From: Minisyncoccota bacterium
GTDB lineage: Bacteria > Patescibacteriota > Minisyncoccia > Phycocordibacterales > UBA9973
NCBI GenBank assembly: GCA_041662205.1
Contig: JBAZSZ010000001.1
Coordinates: 81,973 to 145,972 of the forward strand
DNA length: 64,000 nucleotides
Direction of reading: 5' to 3'
Shown piece after piece: positions 57,511 to 64,000 of the stretch (positions within the stretch are counted from its first letter, which is position 1; every line of letters starts with the position of its first letter). The notes beneath the pieces are model-generated. The model saw only the letters and a program-made list of their open reading frames with translations, was not told where the DNA came from and ran no database searches. The position numbers and the translations under genes were made by a program.

Positions 57511-59931
57511 ATGGCAGAAGTTAAAAAAGAAGTTTTTATAAAGTGGTTTAATGAGGTAGGAATTGATGATATCGGAAGTGTCGGTGGTAAAAATGCTGCT
57601 CTGGGAGAAATGTATTCTAATCTTGTGCCACTTGGCATAAATATACCGGATGGTTTTGCACTGACAGCAGACGCTTATCGTCATTTTTTCAAGGATACAG
57701 GACTAGATGAAAAAATAAAGGAAATTCTTTCTGATTTGAACACAAAAGATATTCGCAACCTTCAAGTTCGGGGTAAAAAAGTTCGTGAAGTTATTTTGAA
57801 AGCAAATTTACCACAGGACTTGCAAGATGCAATTGCTAAGTCATATAAGGAGATGGGAGAAAAATATGGGAAAAATAATGATGTGGCAGTTCGTTCTTCT
57901 GCTACAGCCGAGGACCTTCCTGGTGCTTCTTTTGCTGGTCAGCAGGAGACGTATTTAAACGTACACGGTATTGAAAATATTCTTATTTCAACAAAAAAGT
58001 GTATTGCTTCGCTTTTTACTGATCGAGCTATTTCTTACAGAGCGGATAAAGGATTTTCACATTTTGATGCTGCTCTTTCTGTAGGTATTCAGTGTATGGT
58101 TCGTTCTGACCTTTCTTCCTCGGGAGTAGCTTTTACCATAGATACCGAAACAGGTTTTGATAAAGTAGTAGTAATAAATGGTATTTACGGTCTTGGTGAA
58201 TTTATCGTGCAAGGAAAAGTTATCCCAGATGAATTTATAATTTTTAAACCCAGTTTAGAAAATAATTGTAAAAATCCTATTATTGGAAAAAATATTGGTA
58301 AGAAAAATATTAAACTTATTTATGCTAAAGACGGCACAAAACAGGAAAAAGTTTCAGCACAAGAAGAGCAGAAATTTTCTATTACAGACGAAGAGGCTGT
58401 AAAGCTTGCAAAATGGTGTTTTCAAATAGAAAAATATTTTTCCAAAAAACATAGTCATTATCAGCCGATGGATATCGAATGGGCAAAGGATGGAAAAACT
58501 GGTGAACTTTTTATTGTGCAGGCACGCCCAGAGACGGTTGTGTCAGGACAAGATAGAAATGTATTAAAAGAATATCGATTAGAAAAAACTAGTAAAGTTT
58601 TAATTGAAGGAATTGCTGTAGGTTCAAAAATTGGAGCAGGAAGCGTTCGTGTTTTGAGTAGCGCAAAAAATATTAATTCTTTTAAAAAAGGAGAAGTGTT
58701 AGTAACCCAAATTACTGATCCGGATTGGGAGCCAATTATGAAAATCGCTAGTGCTATTGTTACAGATAAGGGTGGACGTACATCGCATGCTGCTATTGTT
58801 TCTCGTGAGCTCGGCATTCCTTGTATAGTGGGGTCAAATAATGCAACAAAGATATTAAAGAATGGGCAAGATGTGACTGTTGATTCTTCTTCTGGTCAAG
58901 TAGGAAAAGTTTACGATGGAATTCTTCCATTTAAAGTAAATGAACAGCGTTTAGATAATATGCCAAAGATAGAAACGAAAATCATGGTGAATATCGGTTC
59001 TCCTGATGAGGCATTCAAGAGTTGCCATTTACCAGCACAAGGGGTTGGGTTAGGTAGGCTTGAATTTATTATTGCTTCGCATGTTCGTATTCATCCAAAT
59101 GCATTAATCAATTATAAAAAATTAAAAACTGAAAAGAAGACCCCGTATATTGCAAAACTCATAAAAGAAATTGATAATTTAGCATATGCATACGAAGACA
59201 AAACACAATTTTATGTAGATGAACTTGCGCGAGGTATCGGGAAAATTGGTGCTACGTTTTTTCCTCATCCAGTCATTATTCGTTTTTCTGATTTTAAAAC
59301 GAATGAATACAGAACTCTCATAGGAGGAGAATTATATGAACCAGCAGAAGAGAATCCAATGCTTGGTTGGCGTGGAGCATCACGTTATTATGATCCAAAA
59401 TTTAAAGAAGCTTTTGGTCTTGAGTGTAAGGCAATGAAAATTGTTCGCGAAGACATGGGTCTTTCAAATGTTATTCCAATGATTCCATTTTGTCGAACAC
59501 CCGAAGAAGGGAAAAAGGTCATAGAAGTTATGAAAGAAAATAACTTAGATCGAGCAAAAGATAAAGAATTGAAAGTTTATGTAATGTGTGAAATTCCTTC
59601 AAATATTCTTTTAGCTGATGAATTTCTTGATATTTTTGATGGTATGTCGATTGGTTCTAATGATTTGACTCAGCTTACTCTTGGGCTCGATCGTGATTCT
59701 GGTATAGTTACTCATATTTCAAATGAAAATAGTCCGGCAGTTAAAAAGCTTGTAGCTCAAATTATTAAGAAATGTAAAGAAAGAGGGAAGTATATCGGTA
59801 TTTGTGGTCAAGCTCCGTCAGATTATCCAGATTTTGCTCAATTTTTAGTAGATGAAGGAATAGAAAGTATGTCACTTAATCCTGACACAATTATTAAAAT
59901 AATTATGGCGCTAGGAAAAGGAAATAAATAA
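57511..59931 (+). CDS. ppsA: Phosphoenolpyruvate synthase (pyruvate, water dikinase)
   Basis: VGGKNA, VRSSATAED...SFAGQ, GGRTSHAAI, NPMLGWRG, GSNDLTQ, ICGQ. Confidence 0.95.
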   Translation: MAEVKKEVFIKWFNEVGIDDIGSVGGKNAALGEMYSNLVPLGINIPDGFALTADAYRHFFKDTGLDEKIKEILSDLNTKDIRNLQVRGKKVREVILKANLPQDLQDAIAKSYKEMGEKYGKNNDVAVRSSATAEDLPGASFAGQQETYLNVHGIENILISTKKCIASLFTDRAISYRADKGFSHFDAALSVGIQCMVRSDLSSSGVAFTIDTETGFDKVVVINGIYGLGEFIVQGKVIPDEFIIFKPSLENNCKNPIIGKNIGKKNIKLIYAKDGTKQEKVSAQEEQKFSITDEEAVKLAKWCFQIEKYFSKKHSHYQPMDIEWAKDGKTGELFIVQARPETVVSGQDRNVLKEYRLEKTSKVLIEGIAVGSKIGAGSVRVLSSAKNINSFKKGEVLVTQITDPDWEPIMKIASAIVTDKGGRTSHAAIVSRELGIPCIVGSNNATKILKNGQDVTVDSSSGQVGKVYDGILPFKVNEQRLDNMPKIETKIMVNIGSPDEAFKSCHLPAQGVGLGRLEFIIASHVRIHPNALINYKKLKTEKKTPYIAKLIKEIDNLAYAYEDKTQFYVDELARGIGKIGATFFPHPVIIRFSDFKTNEYRTLIGGELYEPAEENPMLGWRGASRYYDPKFKEAFGLECKAMKIVREDMGLSNVIPMIPFCRTPEEGKKVIEVMKENNLDRAKDKELKVYVMCEIPSNILLADEFLDIFDGMSIGSNDLTQLTLGLDRDSGIVTHISNENSPAVKKLVAQIIKKCKERGKYIGICGQAPSDYPDFAQFLVDEGIESMSLNPDTIIKIIMALGKGNK

Positions 59932-59934
59932 TCT

Positions 59935-60008
59935 TGGTGCGGGATGCGAGAATCGAACTCGCGTCTAATCCTTGGGAAGGACTCATTCTACCACTAAACC
60001 AATCCCGC
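59935..60008 (-). tRNA. tRNA-Gly(CCC), CCA encoded
   Basis: GCGGGATTGGTTTAGTGGTAGAATG-AGTCC TT CCC AA GGATT-AGACGCGAGTTCGATTCTCGCATCCCGCACCA. Confidence 0.93.
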
Positions 60009-60046
60009 ATATTATGTTTTCAAAATATCTTAGTAGACTTAGAAAT

Positions 60047-60078
60047 ACTCATTTTACCACTAAACCAATCCCGCATAT
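60047..60078 (-). repeat. 32-bp duplicate of the tRNA-Gly 5' end
   Basis: Matches 59981..60012 with one mismatch. Confidence 0.88.
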
Positions 60079-60155
60079 AAGAAAATATAGCTTTATTTTA
60101 GATGCTTGACAAGTGTGCTATAATTGAAATATTAGAAATTAATTATAAAAATATT

Positions 60156-60389
60156 ATGAAAAATGTAACAATTTATTCAACCGATACCTGTCATTTTTGC
60201 CACTTGGCAAAAGATTTCTTTACTGCAAATAGTGTAGTTTTTACTGAATACAATGTAGGAACTGATATAGAAAAAAGAAAAGAAATGATGGAAAAAAGCG
60301 GACAAATGGGTGTGCCGGTTATTATGATTGGTGATGAAATCATCGTAGGTTTTGATAAACCTAAAATCTCTCAATTATTAGGTCTCTAG
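60156..60389 (+). CDS. Glutaredoxin-like protein (NrdH/YruB type)
   Basis: IYST.TCHFC, SGQMGVPVI, VGFD. Confidence 0.9.
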   Translation: MKNVTIYSTDTCHFCHLAKDFFTANSVVFTEYNVGTDIEKRKEMMEKSGQMGVPVIMIGDEIIVGFDKPKISQLLGL

Positions 60390-60529
60390 TTTGTGTGGCT
60401 ACAAATAATTTCTCGCCGTCGCTCGAAATTTTCGCAGCCCACCCCTCGCAATTTTGTGTTCTCACAAAATATCGTTGCGGTCGGCACACTAACGTAAAAA
60501 CATGCAGCAGTGCATGTTTTATACTTGTG

Positions 60530-60601
60530 TGCCCTCGGTACGAATCGAACGTGCATCTATTCCTTAGGACGGAACTGTTCTATCCATTGAACTACGAGGG
60601 C
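60530..60601 (-). tRNA. tRNA-Arg(CCU)
   Basis: GCCCTCGTAGTTCAATGGATAGAACA-GTTCC GT CCT AA GGAAT-AGATGCACGTTCGATTCGTACCGAGGGCA. Confidence 0.9.
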
Positions 60602-60674
60602 AGTGTTTATAATCTATCATATAAAGAGTTTTTTTGGAATTGGGTTTCAAAAATAGATGTGATATTATAGTATT

Positions 60675-61364
60675 ATGGAGAGTATATCAATAAAAGATGA
60701 TCAAGAACCAGAAAAAACTTTAATGGAAGTTAAGGCAGAGATGGAGGTGATAGGCAAGGAAACCAAAGCAGAGATAGAAAAACTAAGGGCCGAAAACGAA
60801 GAGCTAAAAAATATTATTGAAAATTTAGATCATAGACTCAATATTGATTCCCTGACTGGTCTTTTAAAAGATGTAGAGCCAAGATTGGGAAGATTAATAA
60901 AAAGACTAGAATTTTCCAAAGAATTAAAACCTGAACAATTTGCCTTACGTTCAGTTATGGTAGTTACTATGGATTTAAATCGTTTCAAAACTTTAAATGA
61001 TACTTATGGTCATGCTGCTGGAGATGAGGCGTTAACTCTTTTTGCTGAGCGTCTTCAAACAGTTTCAAAAGAGGGAAAGGATATTTTATTTCGACCTCAT
61101 GGTGATGAGTTTGTGATGGTACTTCCTATTGAAAATACAGAAGACGCTATTACTCAAGAACTTTATGAAACAATTTTTCAAAGACTTCATAAAAAAGTGA
61201 ATGATAATTTATTTGTTAAAGTTTCTAATGGAACTAAATTCTCGTTTTCTGCTTCAATGGGATATGTAGTGGTAGAAAGAGGTAATACTAAAAATGTAAA
61301 AGAACTGCTTCACGATGCTGATTTAGAAATGTATAAAGATAAAGAACTATTAAAGAGTAAATAA
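60675..61364 (+). CDS. Coiled-coil plus GGDEF-domain protein (variant HGDEF)
   Basis: DSLTGL, DLNRFKTLNDTYGH.AGD, RPHGDEF, AD..MY..K. Confidence 0.85.
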   Translation: MESISIKDDQEPEKTLMEVKAEMEVIGKETKAEIEKLRAENEELKNIIENLDHRLNIDSLTGLLKDVEPRLGRLIKRLEFSKELKPEQFALRSVMVVTMDLNRFKTLNDTYGHAAGDEALTLFAERLQTVSKEGKDILFRPHGDEFVMVLPIENTEDAITQELYETIFQRLHKKVNDNLFVKVSNGTKFSFSASMGYVVVERGNTKNVKELLHDADLEMYKDKELLKSK

Positions 61365-61416
61365 TATTCTAAGTTTTTTACTTTTATTTTTTTAAATTTT
61401 ATGCTAAATTATACCT

Positions 61417-61674
61417 ATGGATTCTGAATCCAAAAAGTTATTAGAAGACACTTTTGCTCTTGCGGAAGAGAATAATAAAATGCTTCATTCTGTAGTACGC
61501 TCTATGCGTATTTCTCGTATTATGAGCATTATGTATTGGTTACTCATTATTGGCTCTGCTTTGGGTGCTTATTATCTTATTCAGCCTTATGTCGATCAAT
61601 TGATGGGTATATACGGTGGAGCAAAAAGTGGTTTGGATAATTTTGGTTCTATATTAGATAATTTTTCAAATTAA
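61417..61674 (+). CDS. Hypothetical single-TM protein
   Basis: LAEENNKML..., TM YWLLIIGSALGAYYLIQPY. Confidence 0.65.
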   Translation: MDSESKKLLEDTFALAEENNKMLHSVVRSMRISRIMSIMYWLLIIGSALGAYYLIQPYVDQLMGIYGGAKSGLDNFGSILDNFSN

Positions 61675-61679
61675 ATATT

Positions 61680-61751
61680 GCCTGGGTAGCTCAGTAGTAG
61701 AGCGTTCCCCTGAAGAGGGACAGGTCGGGTGTGCGATCCACCCCCCAGGCA
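61680..61751 (+). tRNA. tRNA-Phe(GAA) with non-canonical D and T loops
   Basis: GCCTGGGTAGCTCAGTAGTAGAGCG-TTCCC CT GAA GA GGGAC-AGGTC GGGTG TGCGATC CACCC CCCAGGCA. Confidence 0.85.
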
Positions 61752-61754
61752 CCT

Positions 61755-61796
61755 AGAAAAACAAAACCTGCTTTTTTAAGCGGGTTTTGTTTTTCT
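61755..61796. terminator. Bidirectional terminator between tRNA-Phe and hsp20
   Basis: AGAAAAACAAAACCTGCTT...AAGCGGGTTTTGTTTTTCT. Confidence 0.75.
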
Positions 61797-62280
61797 AGAT
61801 TGATTTTACTTTGACAGTATTTTTCTTTTCTTTGTCTACCTTTTTGATTTTGACAGTAACGAGGCCGTGTTTTTCTGTTGCCTCAACTTCTTCTGGTTCT
61901 ACTTCTACGGGGAGGGAGATTGTGCGTGAAAATTTACCCCAATAGAGTTCTCTAGTAAAGTAATTTTCTTCATCTATATTTCTATTTTCTTCACGTTTGC
62001 CTGATATAGTGATAATATCTCGAGCAACTGATAATTCTAAATCTTCTGGCCTGACTCCAGCTATCATTGTTTGTATGACAATATCAGTTGGTGTTTGATA
62101 AACATCGACTGATAATTCTGCTTCCTCATTTTCTTCTTCAATCCAATTACTATTTTTTTTGTCTCCGTTATTTTCTTTTAAATTTTTACCCAAATAATTT
62201 TTCTTAAACGTTATTTCTTCTTCATCATTATTGACACTTCCGGTTAGTCTTTCAAAAAAACTTCTTTTTCTATTTTCCAT
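61795..62280 (-). CDS. Hsp20/alpha-crystallin family protein
   Basis: VDVYQT, AGV.PEDL, E.YWG.FSR.I.LP, A..HG.V. Confidence 0.9.
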   Translation of the reverse strand: MENRKRSFFERLTGSVNNDEEEITFKKNYLGKNLKENNGDKKNSNWIEEENEEAELSVDVYQTPTDIVIQTMIAGVRPEDLELSVARDIITISGKREENRNIDEENYFTRELYWGKFSRTISLPVEVEPEEVEATEKHGLVTVKIKKVDKEKKNTVKVKSI

Positions 62281-62299
62281 AATTGATTATGTTTAATTA

Positions 62300-63004
62300 T
62301 TAATAATTTTTACTCATTCTTCTTACTTTTTCAAAAAGTAACATAATTATAATTGTAACGACCCATAAAAATCCCAATACTTTCAAGAAATCATTTCCAT
62401 CATTTCTTATTATAAAAAAATTAAAGGCGCTATGCAAGGTAATAGCAACCAAAAAACCAACAAAAAGAAAACTATTTCTCTCCCATCTCTTCATGAAAAA
62501 AGAGATTCCAATTGAGATACCTATTACTCCACTAGAGATAGTATGAAGGAGATTAGCTCCAAGAAATCTTAGATTGCCTGTATTTAAACCTACAAAAGTT
62601 CCTATTGATGAGGGAAGAACTTTAAGAAGAAATAACATATTTTCAAGAGCAGCAAAACCTAAAGCTGCGGTAACCATATAAATAGGCCAATCTATTGGTT
62701 CATCAGTATTATCTGTTTTACACAAGATTATTAATACCGCAAGATACTTTAATATTTCTTCTACACTAGCCCACAATATAAGCTTTCCCTCATATGAGCT
62801 TATATTGTCCTGAATAAATTTTTGAACTGGAAGTACGAAGACGACCGCTATCATGCCCATAATAAATACTATTGTGATTAATCCTTTTGGTTCAGGGTGT
62901 TCTTCGTCTTCTTTCAACCAAAACCAAAGCCAGAAAAGAGAAGGAATAATGCCTCCTAAAAATGCCACAATTAAAGTTTTTGGATCACTCGTTAAGATGG
63001 CCAT
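62300..63004 (-). CDS. PrsW-family intramembrane protease
   Basis: DEEHPEP, EEILK, ALGFAALEN, H..S, LHSAFN. Confidence 0.88.
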   Translation of the reverse strand: MAILTSDPKTLIVAFLGGIIPSLFWLWFWLKEDEEHPEPKGLITIVFIMGMIAVVFVLPVQKFIQDNISSYEGKLILWASVEEILKYLAVLIILCKTDNTDEPIDWPIYMVTAALGFAALENMLFLLKVLPSSIGTFVGLNTGNLRFLGANLLHTISSGVIGISIGISFFMKRWERNSFLFVGFLVAITLHSAFNFFIIRNDGNDFLKVLGFLWVVTIIIMLLFEKVRRMSKNY

Positions 63005-64000
63005 TTTTCAACCATTAATAGTCCCGACTTCTGTCGGGAATTTATAATTTGCCATATTTCTTCTGAGACAAAAGGCATAAAAGGGTGGAGTATTTTTAGA
63101 CAATCAATCCAAATCAAAACTAACGCTATTTTCCTTTCTTCTGCCTTTTCTCCTTTTGTTTTAATTATTTCTTTTGATTCTTCTATTATTTCATCTGCGA
63201 ATCTATGCCAAATGTATTGATAAATTTTCTCTGAAGCTAAATGAAAACGATAATTTTCCATATCACTTGTTATATCTTCAACAGTCTCGTCAAATTCTTT
63301 TGTTAGTTTATTTTTCACATTTTTCCCAAAACTATTTTCATCTGTATTGTCTAAAATAAAACGAGTGATATTCCAAATTTTATTTGCAAAATTTTTATAG
63401 CCCTTTATTTTATCTTCAGAAATTTTACTATCGGTGCCGGGAGCTGTGCCGACAATAAGCGCCATACGTCCAGCATCAGCACCGAATTTGTCTGCAATAT
63501 CTATCGGATCCAGTCCATTATTTAAAGATTTAGACATTTTTCTTCCTTTGGCATCACGAACAGTTCCATGCAGGAAGATATTTTTAAATGGTATTTCTCC
63601 TAAAGCGTATTCTGACATCAATATCATCCTTGCTACCCAAAATGGGAGTATGTCATATCCTGTTTCTAGGACATCAGTAGGATGATAGGTTTCCATATCT
63701 TTTGTTTTTTCAGGCCAACCTAATGCAGAAAAAGTCCAAAGACCAGAAGAAAACCAAGTATCTAAAGTGTCTTCATCTTGAACCCATCCTTCATCTTTTG
63801 GAGCTTCAATATCACAATAAATTTCCTTGCCTTTATACCAAACTGGGACCCTGTGACCATACCAAATTTGTCTTGAAATACACCAATCATGTAGATTTTC
63901 TATCCAATGGAAATATGTTTTTGAAAAATAATCTGGAATGATTTTTATCTCACCTTTCTCAAATGGTTCACGCATTAAGTCTTTGAGAGTTTTATCGCCA
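62992..64000 (-). CDS. valS: Valyl-tRNA synthetase, 5' part outside window
   Basis: DWCISRQIWYGHR, DTWFSS, GYDILPFWVARM, KMSKS, LHPFMPF.SEE. Confidence 0.95.
   Translation of the reverse strand, partial: GDKTLKDLMREPFEKGEIKIIPDYFSKTYFHWIENLHDWCISRQIWYGHRVPVWYKGKEIYCDIEAPKDEGWVQDEDTLDTWFSSGLWTFSALGWPEKTKDMETYHPTDVLETGYDILPFWVARMILMSEYALGEIPFKNIFLHGTVRDAKGRKMSKSLNNGLDPIDIADKFGADAGRMALIVGTAPGTDSKISEDKIKGYKNFANKIWNITRFILDNTDENSFGKNVKNKLTKEFDETVEDITSDMENYRFHLASEKIYQYIWHRFADEIIEESKEIIKTKGEKAEERKIALVLIWIDCLKILHPFMPFVSEEIWQIINSRQKSGLLMVEKWPS

Noticed and set aside
60395-60670. 91-aa ORF
   Set aside because: Overlaps tRNA-Arg and its structured trailer on the opposite strand.
1-64000. CRISPR array, rRNA, integrase, transposase, reverse transcriptase/DGR
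   Set aside because: No regularly spaced repeat-spacer array and no such protein motifs. The long repeats show no adenine-specific mismatches as expected for a DGR template/variable pair.
1-64000. Alternative genetic code (UGA=Gly)
   Set aside because: Conserved genes are full length under code 11, and TGA ends nspC, fmt and the glycerate kinase at expected positions.

Overview
AT-rich bacterial chromosome segment using genetic code 11. Gene content and signals (few Shine-Dalgarno sites, split transketolase, tRNAs mostly without encoded CCA, large secreted repeat proteins) fit a Patescibacteria/CPR (Parcubacteria-like) genome; this is an inference. The left third is accessory. It holds a tail-fibre-like protein with a Peptidase_S74 domain, a divergent five-gene aspartate-semialdehyde-dependent spermidine cluster, rnpB, tRNA-Ala and an OmpR-family regulator. 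It also holds a three-gene surface locus, the best candidate for a new system: a large multicopper oxidase and a CHRD-domain protein share a 48-aa Cys-bracketed EF-hand/dockerin-like tail, and are followed by a peptidoglycan-anchored Ig-stalk protein with two identical cohesin-like domains, suggesting a cellulosome-style oxidase scaffold. Next is a tRNA-Asn(GUU) split inside the anticodon by a 242-nt group I intron, with an att-like duplicate of its 3' end about 0.8 kb downstream. The rest is mostly housekeeping: a GH130 cluster, hpf, fmt, def, hisS, lepB, pth, dnaE, gap, pentose-phosphate genes, lepA, glycerate kinase-eno-ppsA, tRNA-Gly/Arg/Phe and valS. Short palindromic elements occur throughout, several inserted in-frame in proteins, and many genes look leaderless (extended -10 box about 6 nt before ATG). 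No CRISPR array, rRNA, integrase or transposase was seen.
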